Position numbers and translations under genes: made by a program. This document shows positions 6,423-16,073 of a stretch of DNA of 57,643 nucleotides, in pieces; position 1 is the first letter of the stretch; every line of letters begins with the position of its first letter. The notes under the pieces are model-generated. The model ran no database searches. It saw only the letters and a list, made by a program, of their open reading frames with translations, and had not been told where the DNA came from. This DNA comes from Bacteroidaceae bacterium (GTDB lineage Bacteria; Bacteroidota; Bacteroidia; Bacteroidales; Bacteroidaceae), in NCBI GenBank assembly GCA_045544835.1, contig JAZPZS010000001.1, positions 1 to 57,643 on the forward strand. The letters run 5' to 3'.

Positions 6423-9224
6423 ATGAAAAAACTACACCTGATACTGTCGTGCCTGCTGGCAATCGGAATATGCTCGTGCAATGATTCCACACCCAGCTAC
6501 TCGGAAGCCGAGAAGGATGCAGCAAAAGCTACCGTGGCAAGAGTGCAGAAGAGCGACTCGCTGGACTTCTACATCGGCTACTACACACAAGCCAAAGACC
6601 ACTATGCACTGGCAGTAGCCTACAACGCCTTGGGACGCAACCACCGCAACAAGGCCAACTATGCCGAGGCACTCGATGCACACCGCAAGGCTGCAGAATA
6701 TGCCGTGATGGCTGTGGACACCCCGGAGATCGTGCAAGCCTACAACAACCTGGGTACCGACTACCGACGGCTGGGCGAACTCAAGGAGGCTTCGCTGCAC
6801 CACTACAAGGCACTGGAATACTGCGAGAAGTACAGCGACAAGAGCAGCTATGCGGCAGTGAAGAACCGCGTGGTGTCGCTCAACGGCATCGGCAACATAC
6901 ACCTGAGCATGGGCGACATGAAGGTGGCCGAAAGGGCTTTCCGCCGTGCACTGGCGGGTGAGACCCAGCTGGGCAGCGACCTGGGACAGGCCATCAACTA
7001 TGCCAACCTGGGAGCCATCTTCGAGAGCTACGAGCAGTACGACTCGGCCAAGGTGTACTACACCCACTCAATGGAGTGCAACCAACGGATAAACTCCACG
7101 CTGGGCATATCGCTCTGCCACGACCACTTCGGGCGGCTCTACGAGATAGCCGAGCAGTATGACAGTGCGTTAGTGGAATACGGCAAGGCATACGCGCTGA
7201 TGCAAGGAAACAACGACAGCTGGCACGCCCTGAAGGCAGCCATTGCCATAGCCCGCGTATATATGCAACAGGGCAAGCGCACACAGGCCTACCCCTACCT
7301 ACAGGAGGCAGTGGCCATGGCCGAAGCCACCCAGTCGCACGGACACATGGCCGTGGCATGCCGTATGCTGGCTGCATACGAGGAGCTGTGTGGCAACCAC
7401 AAGGCGGCACTCGCCCACTACAAGCAAAGCGTGGCCTACAACGACAGCGTTTACAACGCCGAGAACCAGCAGCAGCTGCGCGACTCCTATGTGGACTATG
7501 AGAAGGGGCAGAGCCTGCAGCAGGTGGAGACCATACGCACGGCTTACGAGGGAGAGGTGAGAGCCAAGAAAATGGTAATGGCCATGGCGATAACAGTGAT
7601 TGTAAGCGCGGTCGTAGTGATAGCGCTGCTATGGTATGTCCTGCACACACGACGCAAGGGACTACAGATGCTACAACGTATGGAGCGTATGCGCACCACC
7701 TTCTTTACCAACATTACCCACGAATTCCGCACACCGCTCACCGTGATTCTCGGACTGAGCGAAGAGCTGCAGCGAAGGAGCGACAAGGATACGGAGCAAC
7801 AGCAGTACCTGCAATCCATACAGCGACAGGGAAAGAGCCTGCTGGATCTGGTGAACCAGCTGCTCGACATCACCCGACTGGCATCGGGCAACGGAGAGGC
7901 ACAATGGTGCCGGGGCGACATCGTAGCTTACGTGAAGAGAACCGTAGCGGGATATACCGACTATGCCCGGTTGCGCAAGGTGAACCTCACCTTCCATAGC
8001 GAGAAACCGCAGATACGGGTGTGCTTCGTACCGGAATATATCGACAAAATCATACGCAACCTGCTCTCCAACGCCATCAAGTATACACCCGAGGAGGGCT
8101 ACGTGGCAGTAACACTGGCCCAAGAGGGCGGACGCGTGGTGATGCACGTAAAAGACACGGGACGGGGATTCGCCAAGGAGGACCTACCCCACGTGTTTGA
8201 GCTCTTCTACCAAGGCTCGAACAACAACACGGGATTTGCAGGCACGGGCGTAGGACTGGCCTTCGTGAAACAGATGATGGAGCACATGAACGGTACGGTC
8301 ACAGCCTGCAACCGCCACGAAGGAGGCGCAGAGCTGACACTGACGCTGCCTCTGAAGCAACCTGCAGAGATAACCCAACAATGCACCGTATGGAAAGAGG
8401 ATGACACCCTGAAGAGTACCTCGTCAACGCTCATCGAAGAGAACCATAAAGATAAGCAGCCCGAAAAAGAGCGCAGCATGATACTCGTGGTAGAGGACAA
8501 CGAGGACATCACCCGCTACATCACCGCCTTGCTGACCCAGCGCTATGAGGTGCGCACGGCAGCCAATGGCTATGAAGCACTGCTCATGGCCGAAGAACAG
8601 CACCCCGACCTCATCATCACCGACCTGATGATGCCGGAGATGGACGGCTACGAGCTATGCAACCGTGTACGCAGCTCGGAACTGCTATGCCACATCCCAC
8701 TCGTGGTAGTCAGCGCACGAGGAGAGGACGAAGACCGCATACGTGCCCTCGAGAACGGTGCCGATGCCTACCTGCAGAAGCCCTTCAATGCCGAGGAGCT
8801 ACAGGTCTATGTAGAAAATCTCATCAGCCAACGCAAGATGCTGCAGGAGCGCTTCGCACAGATGGTGACCAAGGGTATAGACTCGGGATGGAATCTGGAG
8901 GACGAGGACCGCAAGTTCCTCACCCGACTCAACGGGATGATACTGGACAATATGGGCAACGCGGATTTCAACGTGGAGATGCTGGCCGACAAGATGCATG
9001 CAAGCAGCTCGAAACTATACCGCCACATACGTACCCTCACGGGCTACAGCACCCAGTCGTACATCCTGCGCATGCGCATGGAACGTGCCAAGGAACTGCT
9101 GGCAACAACAAACAATAGCATAAGCGAAGTGGCTATGCGATGTGGATTCTACGATGCCGCCTACTTCACCCGCGTGTTCCGCAGTTTCCATGGCTGTACC
9201 CCCTCACAGATGAAGAAGAACTGA
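6423..9224 (+). CDS. Hybrid sensor histidine kinase/response regulator with TPR sensor region and C-terminal AraC HTH
   Basis: 933 aa. Elements seen: lipoprotein-like signal (LLAIGICSCN), TPR-like repeats, one TM segment, H-box 'FTNITHEFRTPLTVILG', HATPase 'DTGRGF...GTGVGLAFVKQMME', receiver 'ILVVEDNEDI...DLIITDLMMPEMDG...KPF', and AraC HTH 'ISEVAMRCGFYDAAYFTRVFRSFHGCTPSQ'. Confidence 0.9.
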   Translation: MKKLHLILSCLLAIGICSCNDSTPSYSEAEKDAAKATVARVQKSDSLDFYIGYYTQAKDHYALAVAYNALGRNHRNKANYAEALDAHRKAAEYAVMAVDTPEIVQAYNNLGTDYRRLGELKEASLHHYKALEYCEKYSDKSSYAAVKNRVVSLNGIGNIHLSMGDMKVAERAFRRALAGETQLGSDLGQAINYANLGAIFESYEQYDSAKVYYTHSMECNQRINSTLGISLCHDHFGRLYEIAEQYDSALVEYGKAYALMQGNNDSWHALKAAIAIARVYMQQGKRTQAYPYLQEAVAMAEATQSHGHMAVACRMLAAYEELCGNHKAALAHYKQSVAYNDSVYNAENQQQLRDSYVDYEKGQSLQQVETIRTAYEGEVRAKKMVMAMAITVIVSAVVVIALLWYVLHTRRKGLQMLQRMERMRTTFFTNITHEFRTPLTVILGLSEELQRRSDKDTEQQQYLQSIQRQGKSLLDLVNQLLDITRLASGNGEAQWCRGDIVAYVKRTVAGYTDYARLRKVNLTFHSEKPQIRVCFVPEYIDKIIRNLLSNAIKYTPEEGYVAVTLAQEGGRVVMHVKDTGRGFAKEDLPHVFELFYQGSNNNTGFAGTGVGLAFVKQMMEHMNGTVTACNRHEGGAELTLTLPLKQPAEITQQCTVWKEDDTLKSTSSTLIEENHKDKQPEKERSMILVVEDNEDITRYITALLTQRYEVRTAANGYEALLMAEEQHPDLIITDLMMPEMDGYELCNRVRSSELLCHIPLVVVSARGEDEDRIRALENGADAYLQKPFNAEELQVYVENLISQRKMLQERFAQMVTKGIDSGWNLEDEDRKFLTRLNGMILDNMGNADFNVEMLADKMHASSSKLYRHIRTLTGYSTQSYILRMRMERAKELLATTNNSISEVAMRCGFYDAAYFTRVFRSFHGCTPSQMKKN

Positions 9225-9248
9225 CATCAGCCATCACCATAGACCATC

Positions 9249-10172
9249 ATGCTACCCATACATTTCGCTCCGCTACAAGGACACACCGATGATGTGTACC
9301 GCCGCATACACCACCAACTCATAGGAGGCATAGAGCGCTACTACACCCCCTTCGTGCGGGTGGAGGCAGGCGACATACGCTCCAAGGACCGACGCGACAT
9401 AGACCCGAAGAACAACGCTAGGGTTCCGGTGACCCCGCAGCTTATCTTCAAAAACGTGAAGGAGCTACTCTACCTCATCAATGAGATAGAGACACTGGGA
9501 TACCAATCGATAGACCTCAACATGGGTTGTCCCTTTCCCCTACAAGCAAAGCATGGACGCGGATCGGGACTCCTCGCCCACCCCGACATCGTGGCCGAAG
9601 TGGCCAGCATCATCAAGGGGAGACCTCAGCTGACCTTCTCGGTGAAGATGCGTCTGGGATGGGACAACGCAGAGGAATGGAGCCCCATCGTGGATATCCT
9701 CAACGACACTCCCCTCGCCCACATCGCCCTGCATCCGCGCACCGGCACACAGCAATACAAGGGAGCCATCGACCACGAAGCATGGACACGCTTCTACGAA
9801 GCATGCCACCACCCCATCGTGTATAATGGAGACCTCACGACACTAGAGCAACTGCACGAGATGGAGGAGCGATATCCGCGACTGGCCGGCCTGATGATAG
9901 GGCGAGGACTGCTGGCACGCCCCTCGCTGGCACGTGAGTATGCCGAAGGGTGCGAGTGGAGCCACGAAGAGCACGTGCGTACACTCCGCACGCTACATGC
10001 CAAACTGATGGAGGAGTATGCCCACATCGTCAAAGGCGATGCACAGCTACATCACAAGCTACGCACCTACTGGGAATATACAGAGCCATTCATCGGGCAC
10101 AAACCATACAAGAAAATCATGAAGAGCGGCAACCTCAGGAACTACCTGAATGCCATCGAGGAGCTGCGATAG
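9249..10172 (+). CDS. tRNA-dihydrouridine synthase family protein
   Basis: 307 aa. Dus-like motifs are 'APLQGHTD', 'IDLNMGCP', 'GRGSGLL', 'SVKMRLGW' and 'ALHPRT'. Confidence 0.8.
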   Translation: MLPIHFAPLQGHTDDVYRRIHHQLIGGIERYYTPFVRVEAGDIRSKDRRDIDPKNNARVPVTPQLIFKNVKELLYLINEIETLGYQSIDLNMGCPFPLQAKHGRGSGLLAHPDIVAEVASIIKGRPQLTFSVKMRLGWDNAEEWSPIVDILNDTPLAHIALHPRTGTQQYKGAIDHEAWTRFYEACHHPIVYNGDLTTLEQLHEMEERYPRLAGLMIGRGLLARPSLAREYAEGCEWSHEEHVRTLRTLHAKLMEEYAHIVKGDAQLHHKLRTYWEYTEPFIGHKPYKKIMKSGNLRNYLNAIEELR

Positions 10173-10227
10173 CAACTCCCCAAAACGAGCAGACGGATGC
10201 TCCGTGTCAAACATAGATGACAAGACA

Positions 10228-10923
10228 TTATTTTCGTCCGAAATCAGCAGGTATTTCGCCCCATTGGTCGGTTTCCCATTTGACGATGGGAGTGGTCACG
10301 CGGTGTGCCTTGAGCCATGCCTCGGCGCGTTCGATGAGCTGAAACAGCGGTTCGGTCTCGGCAGTGCGATCAAGCTGCGTCTTGCAGCACTTCTTGCGTA
10401 CCCAGCTGATGGCGGTGCGGCTGTCGCTGTAGATGGTCATCTTGAGACCCCGCTGGTCGAGTAGTGCCAGTGCATGTACGATGGCGAGAAATTCGCCGAT
10501 ATTGTTTGTGCCATACACAGGACCGAAGTGGAAAATCTCCTTGCCATCACCCAAGTATACGCCACGGTACTCCATCGGACCTGGGTTACCACTGCAGGCG
10601 GCATCTACGGCGAGAGCATAAGCGGCCTCCCCCAACCCCTTCCCGAAGAGGGGGCTTTCAGTCATCGCGGAACCAGATTTCCCTCCTTGACTGTGGTTCT
10701 TATGGGCATCGACCATCGGTTGTGAGGAGATGGGGGAGGCTTCCTTTTTCCTCTTCACATACTCATACGCCGGTGAGGCGTAGGCACGCTCGGCCTCCTC
10801 CTTCGAGTCGAAGGATTTGTATACTGCGCCCTTAACACCCTTTATCTGTGCCTGGCAGTCGTCCCAATTATGGTAGATGCCAGGGGTGAGTCCGCTCCAA
10901 ACGACGTAGAACTTCTTTTTCAT
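10228..10923 (-). CDS. rnhA: Ribonuclease HI with N-terminal hybrid-binding (caulimovirus viroplasmin-like) domain
   Basis: I start at the internal ATG (MKKKFYVVWSG...). The N-domain reads 'FYVVWSGLTPGIYHNWDDCQAQIKGVKGAVYKSFDSKEEAERAY'. The RNase H core shows 'AVDAACSGNPG', 'TNNIGEFLAIVHAL' and 'IYSDS'. Confidence 0.85.
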   Translation of the reverse strand: MKKKFYVVWSGLTPGIYHNWDDCQAQIKGVKGAVYKSFDSKEEAERAYASPAYEYVKRKKEASPISSQPMVDAHKNHSQGGKSGSAMTESPLFGKGLGEAAYALAVDAACSGNPGPMEYRGVYLGDGKEIFHFGPVYGTNNIGEFLAIVHALALLDQRGLKMTIYSDSRTAISWVRKKCCKTQLDRTAETEPLFQLIERAEAWLKAHRVTTPIVKWETDQWGEIPADFGRK

Positions 10924-10948
10924 ATGAAAAAAGGGAAGAATTAAGAAG

Positions 10949-10997
10949 GAAGAGTGAAGAGTTTGGCTCCGCGATGTATGCAACCTCTTCACTCTTC
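10949..10997 (-). terminator. Hairpin downstream of argS (13-bp perfect stem GAAGAGTGAAGAG/CTCTTCACTCTTC, 23-nt loop)
   Basis: I read it directly. On the minus strand the stem is followed by a pyrimidine-rich tract ending in TTTTTT. The right arm sits within a CTCTTCA-type heptamer tandem. Confidence 0.45.
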
Positions 10998-11017
10998 ACT
11001 CTTTACTTTTCACTCAA

Positions 11018-12802
11018 TTACATTCTGTCGGGTACTTCAATACCGAGTAGTCCCATACCCAAGCGTATAATCTTGGCCACGTTGGCCGAGAGCACGAGGC
11101 GGAAGCGCTTCACGGCCTCGTCCTCCTCACGCAGGATGCTGTAGTCGTGGTAGAACTGGTTGAACTCCTTCACCAAGTCGTACACATAGTTGGCAATCAC
11201 CGAGGGAGTGTAGCTTACGCCTGCCTCCTTCACCACGGCGGGGAACTCGGCCAGCTTCTGTATCAATGCCATCTCCTTCTCATTAATTGAAAATTGAGAA
11301 TTGAAAATTGAAAGTTCCATGTCCGCAGCTTTGCGCAAGATGGACTGGATGCGTGCGTAGGTGTATTGGATGAAGGGACCTGTGTTGCCGTTGAAGTCGA
11401 TAGACTCCTTGGGGTTGAAGGTCATGTTCTTGCGGGCATCGACCTTGAGGATGAAGTACTTGAGTGCACCTAGTCCTACGATACGGGCGATGTCCTCGGC
11501 CTCTTCGGCGGTAAGTCCGTCGAGTTTGCCCAGCTCCTTCGAGGTGTCGCGTGCGGTGGCTATCATCTCGGCCATGAGGTCGTCGGCATCCACTACAGTG
11601 CCTTCGCGGCTCTTCATCTTACCCTCGGGCAGCTCTACCATGCCGTACGAGAAGTGCACGAGATCCTTGCCCCAGTCGAAGCCGAGCTTGTCGAGCAGGA
11701 TAGAGAGTACCTGGAAATGGTAGTTCTGCTCGTTGCCCACCACGTAGATCATCTTGTTGATGGGGTAGTCCTGGAAGCGCAGCTTGGCCGTACCGATGTC
11801 CTGGGTCATGTATACCGATGTACCGTCGCTGCGGAGCAGGAGCTTGTGGTCGAGGCCCTCACCGGTGAGGTCGGCCCATACCGAGCCATCCTCCTTGCGG
11901 AAGAAGAAACCCTTCTCCAAACCCTCCATCACCTTCTCCTTACCTTCGAGGTAGGTCTGTGACTCGTAGTATATCTTGTCGAAGTCTACGCCCATCATCT
12001 TGTATGTCTCGTCGAATCCGGCATATACCCACTCGTTCATCATCTGCCACAGGCCGCGCACCTCGGGGTCGCCAGCCTCCCACTTCACGAGCATCTCACG
12101 GGCCTCGGCCATCAGGGGCGACTTGGCCTCTGCCTCCTCCTTGGTGCAGCCCTCGCGCTCCATGATCTCGGCTACCTCGGCCTTGTAGTGCTTGTCGAAG
12201 GCCACGTAGTAGTCGCCTATAAGGTGGTCGCCCTTCTTGCCCGATGTCTCGGGAGTCTCTCCTTCGCCATACTTCTGCCATGCCAGCATCGACTTGCAGA
12301 TGTGTATGCCGCGGTCGTTCACGATGTTGGTCTTCACCACGCGGTTGCCGTTGGCCTCCATAATATTGGCCAGCGCATAGCCCAAGAGGTTGTTGCGCAC
12401 ATGGCCCAGGTGGAGGGGTTTGTTGGTGTTGGGCGACGAGTACTCAATCATTACGAGGGGCGACTCGTCGGTAGCTGTTTGTATGCCATACTTGGCATCG
12501 CTGTCGATTGTGCCGAGCAGCTCCACCCATGCCGATGCCGCAATGGTGATATTGAGGAATCCCTTGATGACATTGAACGCCTGCACCATGGATTCATGTG
12601 AGGCCAGGTATTCGCCTATCTCCTGGGCCGTCTGCTCGGGTCCCTTACGTGAGGTGCGCAGGAAGGGGAACACGACGAGTGTCAGATGACCCTCAAACTC
12701 TTTCTTTGTCTTCTGCAGCTGTACCTGTGCAGGCTCTACCGCCTGTCCGTACAATGCCTGTATCGCCTCTACGATACTCTTTACCAGTTTTTCTTCTATC
12801 AT
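11018..12802 (-). CDS. argS: Arginine--tRNA ligase
   Basis: The class I HIGH motif variant 'PNTNKPLHLGHVRN' is present, along with the 'KMKSREG' (KMSKS-like) motif and a DALR anticodon-binding tail. The start is set at MIEEKLVKS (ATG 12800-12802), 28 nt downstream of a TAATTTTG box. Confidence 0.95.
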   Translation of the reverse strand: MIEEKLVKSIVEAIQALYGQAVEPAQVQLQKTKKEFEGHLTLVVFPFLRTSRKGPEQTAQEIGEYLASHESMVQAFNVIKGFLNITIAASAWVELLGTIDSDAKYGIQTATDESPLVMIEYSSPNTNKPLHLGHVRNNLLGYALANIMEANGNRVVKTNIVNDRGIHICKSMLAWQKYGEGETPETSGKKGDHLIGDYYVAFDKHYKAEVAEIMEREGCTKEEAEAKSPLMAEAREMLVKWEAGDPEVRGLWQMMNEWVYAGFDETYKMMGVDFDKIYYESQTYLEGKEKVMEGLEKGFFFRKEDGSVWADLTGEGLDHKLLLRSDGTSVYMTQDIGTAKLRFQDYPINKMIYVVGNEQNYHFQVLSILLDKLGFDWGKDLVHFSYGMVELPEGKMKSREGTVVDADDLMAEMIATARDTSKELGKLDGLTAEEAEDIARIVGLGALKYFILKVDARKNMTFNPKESIDFNGNTGPFIQYTYARIQSILRKAADMELSIFNSQFSINEKEMALIQKLAEFPAVVKEAGVSYTPSVIANYVYDLVKEFNQFYHDYSILREEDEAVKRFRLVLSANVAKIIRLGMGLLGIEVPDRM

Positions 12803-12829
12803 ATAGTTATAATTCTTCCTATGAAGATG

Positions 12830-12837
12830 CAAAATTA
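12830..12837 (-). promoter_or_regulatory. -7 box TAATTTTG for argS
   Basis: The plus strand reads caaaatta, 28 nt upstream of the argS ATG. It is embedded in the recurrent promoter cassette. Confidence 0.55.
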
Positions 12838-13000
12838 CTGCAAGACAACCGAAAAAGCAAGTTTACATAACTATATTTTCTTCCTTACCGCTCGGCACAA
12901 ACTGGGCAAACTTAGCTATGCTTTTGTTCCTGTTCAGTTATATTTTTTCCGAACAGCAGACTGACTTCTGCTTGTATGAGCAAACAAAAAGATGGTAATG

Positions 13001-13033
13001 AAAAACAAAGAGAGCATGCATACGCATACTCTC
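13001..13033 (-). terminator. Rho-independent terminator of the fabG-etfBA-acd operon
   Basis: The minus strand shows GAGAGTATGC-GTAT-GCATGCTCTC followed by TTTGTTTTT. It lies 26 nt after the acd stop. Confidence 0.65.
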
Positions 13034-13058
13034 TTAACAATTCAATTATCCTAGTTAA

Positions 13059-14768
13059 TCATGCCTTGCGAAAATAGGCCATTTCATCGGGGTTTATCCT
13101 GCTGATATAGCCTGCATGCTTGTCGACTTCAGCTTCGGCCCAGCGTACGAAAACATTGGCCGAGGTAGCGAAGAGATCGGCATTGGCCGTAGCATCCTGC
13201 AAGAGCAGGTAGCCCATGATGATGTAGCCGGCCATCTCGACGAGGCGACGGGCGGTGAGGTCGATAAGCTCTTGCGACTCGTGACCGGTGACGGTGGCCA
13301 CAGCCTCCTCGTAGCGGGCGGCCATAGCGTCGAGGCGTGCCTTGAGCGGAGCCATCTCGGGCGATACCTCCCACTGGGCAAACTCCTTCATCGCATTCGC
13401 ATAGAAGCCTGAGGTGGCGTAGCGGATGGCTGCCACTACCTGCAGCTGGGTGGTGCCCTCGTAGATGCTGGTGATGCGGGCATCGCGGTAGATGCGCTCG
13501 CAAGCATAGTCCTTCATGAAGCCTGAGCCGCCGTGCACCTGGATGCAGTCGTAAGCGTTCTGGTTGCAGAACTCACTGCCAAGACCCTTCGAGAGGGGTG
13601 TGAAGGCATCGGCCATCTTGGCGTAGTACTTTTGCTCCTTGCGCTCCTCAGGGGTGAGCTTGCGCTCCTTGCTGATATCGTCGAGCGCCTTGTAGATGTC
13701 GACGTAGCGCGAGGTCTGATAGAGGATGGTGCGTGCAGCGTCGAGCTTGGCCTTGATGTTGCTTATCATCTCGGCTACGGGCGCCATCTCGATGATGGCC
13801 TTGCCAAACTGACGGCGATCGCGGGCATAGGAGAGTGCCTCCTCATAGGCGGCCTGCGAGATGCCCACAGCCTGAGCGGCAATGCCGAGGCGGGCACCGT
13901 TCATCAGTGCCATCACATATTTGATGAGTCCGAGGCGGCGCTCACCACAGAGCTCGGCCTTGGCGTTCTTGTATACAAGTTCGCAGGTGGGACTGCCCTT
14001 GATGCCCATCTTGTTCTCGATGCGGCGTACGGTGACACCACCGTTACGCTTGTCGTAAATGAACATGGAGAGGCCGCGGCCATCCCTGGTGCCCTCTTCG
14101 GAGCGGGCAAGCACGAGGTGTATGTCGCTGTCGCCGTTGGTGATGAAGCGCTTCACACCGTTGAGGTACCAGCAACCGTCGGTCTCGCTATAGGTGGCCT
14201 TGAGCTGTACACTCTGGAGGTCGGAGCCTGCATCGGGCTCGGTGAGGTCCATACTCATGGTTTCGCCGGCACATACGCGGCTGATGTAGTGCTGTTTCTG
14301 CTCCTCGCTGCCAAACTCATAGATGGTCTCGGCGCAATCCTGCAGAGCCCACAGGTTCTCAAAGCCTGCATCGGCACGGCTCACCATGTCGGCGGCAATC
14401 ATGTAGGGCACGCTGGGGAAGTTGAGTCCACCAAAGCGGCGGGGCATAGCCATGCCCATGAGTCCAGCCTTGCGGCAGGCATCCATATTGATATCGGTAC
14501 CTGAGGCATAGCGCACGCGCCCGTTCTCGCAAACGGGACCTTCGTGGTCTACACCCTCGGCATTGGCGGCAATGATATCGCCACATATCTCACCGATGAT
14601 CTCGAGTACCTTATCATAGTTGTCCATAGCGTCCTCATGGTCTTGAGGAGCATAGGGGTATTGGTCTTTTTCTGCGAAGTCGCGTTCGCGGAGCTCCACG
14701 ATGCGCTTCATCAACGGATGGTTCAAGTAATGCTTGAGTTCCGGACTGTCGGTATAAAAGTTGGCCAT
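13059..14768 (-). CDS. Long-form acyl-CoA dehydrogenase (about 570 aa, with C-terminal extension)
   Basis: ACAD motifs are 'LTEPDAGSDL', 'KRFITNG' and 'IYEGTTQLQ'. It sits immediately downstream of etfBA. Confidence 0.9.
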   Translation of the reverse strand: MANFYTDSPELKHYLNHPLMKRIVELRERDFAEKDQYPYAPQDHEDAMDNYDKVLEIIGEICGDIIAANAEGVDHEGPVCENGRVRYASGTDINMDACRKAGLMGMAMPRRFGGLNFPSVPYMIAADMVSRADAGFENLWALQDCAETIYEFGSEEQKQHYISRVCAGETMSMDLTEPDAGSDLQSVQLKATYSETDGCWYLNGVKRFITNGDSDIHLVLARSEEGTRDGRGLSMFIYDKRNGGVTVRRIENKMGIKGSPTCELVYKNAKAELCGERRLGLIKYVMALMNGARLGIAAQAVGISQAAYEEALSYARDRRQFGKAIIEMAPVAEMISNIKAKLDAARTILYQTSRYVDIYKALDDISKERKLTPEERKEQKYYAKMADAFTPLSKGLGSEFCNQNAYDCIQVHGGSGFMKDYACERIYRDARITSIYEGTTQLQVVAAIRYATSGFYANAMKEFAQWEVSPEMAPLKARLDAMAARYEEAVATVTGHESQELIDLTARRLVEMAGYIIMGYLLLQDATANADLFATSANVFVRWAEAEVDKHAGYISRINPDEMAYFRKA

Positions 14769-14906
14769 AGTTATTATTAAAGGAGTTAAAGGGAGTTAGA
14801 GGGAGATATCACTTCGTTCTTTGGGAGATAAAAGGCCAATAGTTTGGTACACCGCGTACGGTACATTTGGCATCTATCTCCATTTATCTCCCTTTATCTC
14901 CACAAA
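14769..14906. repeat. Intercistronic palindromic repeat, copy A (etfA-acd gap)
   Basis: The words GGAGTTAAAGGGAG / GGAGATAAA(A)GGCCA on the left are mirrored by TGGC...TATCTCC...TTTATCTCC on the right. Its right end extends into the last codons of etfA. Confidence 0.8.
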
Positions 14907-15929
14907 TCATTTACTATTCTTCTTATAATACTTAATCATTTTGGGTACCACATCCTCTACGCGACCGGTGATGACATAGTCGGCGATGGTGTTGATGGGA
15001 GCGTTAGGGTCGCTGTTGATGGAGATAATCATGGAGCTCTCCTGCATGCCGGCGATATGCTGTATCTGCCCGCTGATGCCGCAGGCGATGTAGAGCTTGG
15101 GACGCACGGTGACACCGGTCTGACCAATCTGACGGTCGTGGTCGGCAAAGCCGGCATCCACGGCAGCACGGCTGGCACCTACCTCGCCATGCAATTCCTT
15201 GGCCAGATCGAAAAGGAGTTGGAAGTTCTCGCGCGAGCCTACGCCATAGCCTCCGGCCACCACGATGGGTGCTCCCTTGAGGTTGTGCTTGGCCCGCTCC
15301 ACGTGGCGTTCGATGACCTTCACCACATAGTCGGTGTCGGGTACATACTTGGCCACGTCGTGACGGACGATCTCGCCTTGATGGTTGGCATCGAAGATTT
15401 CCTTCTTCATCACGCCTTCACGCACGGTAGCCATCTGCGGACGGTTCTCAGGGTTGACGATGGTGGCCACGATGTTGCCACCAAAGGCAGGACGAATCTG
15501 GTAGAGCAAGCCCTCGTAGTGCTTGCCTGCTTTCTTGTCGTCGTGCTCACCAATCTCGAGGGCCGTGCAGTCGGCAGTGAGGCCACTATGCAGTGCCGAT
15601 GACACACGCGGGCCGAGGTCACGTCCGATAACGGTAGCACCCATCAGGGCTATCTGTGGCTGCTCCTCCTTGAAGAGGTTGACCAACACTGAAGTGTGAG
15701 GCAATGAGGTGTAGGGATAGAGTCCCTCGGCATCGAACAGATGGAGCACGTCTACACCATAGGGCATCACCTGAGCGGCAATACCATCGAGGTTGCAGCC
15801 TGCGGCCACAGCCTCCAAGCGACAGCCGAGCTGGGTAGCCAGCGAGCGTCCCTTGGTGAGCAGTTCGAGACTCACCTCTGCCACGCGGCTATCTTCCTGT
15901 AATTCTAAGTATACGAATAGGTTGTTCAT
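14907..15929 (-). CDS. etfA: Electron transfer flavoprotein subunit alpha
   Basis: 340 aa. It carries the FAD-binding signature 'YIACGISGQIQHIAGMQESSMIISINSDPNAPI'. Confidence 0.9.
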   Translation of the reverse strand: MNNLFVYLELQEDSRVAEVSLELLTKGRSLATQLGCRLEAVAAGCNLDGIAAQVMPYGVDVLHLFDAEGLYPYTSLPHTSVLVNLFKEEQPQIALMGATVIGRDLGPRVSSALHSGLTADCTALEIGEHDDKKAGKHYEGLLYQIRPAFGGNIVATIVNPENRPQMATVREGVMKKEIFDANHQGEIVRHDVAKYVPDTDYVVKVIERHVERAKHNLKGAPIVVAGGYGVGSRENFQLLFDLAKELHGEVGASRAAVDAGFADHDRQIGQTGVTVRPKLYIACGISGQIQHIAGMQESSMIISINSDPNAPINTIADYVITGRVEDVVPKMIKYYKKNSK

Positions 15930-16073
15930 AATTCTATTATTTGGGGAGTTATAGGAGTTAAAGGGAGATAGTCGCTTCGCGCCTTGGGGAGATAAAGGCC
16001 ATTAGCTTTTTTCGCGCGAAACAACTATTGGCCTTTAACTCCTTTTATCTCCTTCTATCTTCCTTTATCTCCA
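15930..16073. repeat. Intercistronic palindromic repeat, copy B (etfB-etfA gap)
   Basis: The first ~85 nt are nearly identical to copy C (cataattctattatttg..aggagttaaagggagatagtcgctt..ggagataaaggccattagc). The central pairing is GGAGATAAAGGCCATTAG with CTATTGGCCTTTAACTCC. Confidence 0.85.

Noticed and set aside
13533-14504. Long antisense ORFs opposite real genes, including 13533-14504(+), 14844-15602(+), 18318-19553(+), 19643-20410(+), 31090-32136(+), 34195-34974(+), 54297-55076(+), 55779-57086(+) and 6432-7650(-).
   Set aside because: Each lies entirely inside a gene with clear family motifs on the other strand. Their translations are low-complexity (rich in G/V/A/H/L), have no recognisable motifs and are typical shadow ORFs of GC3-biased genes.
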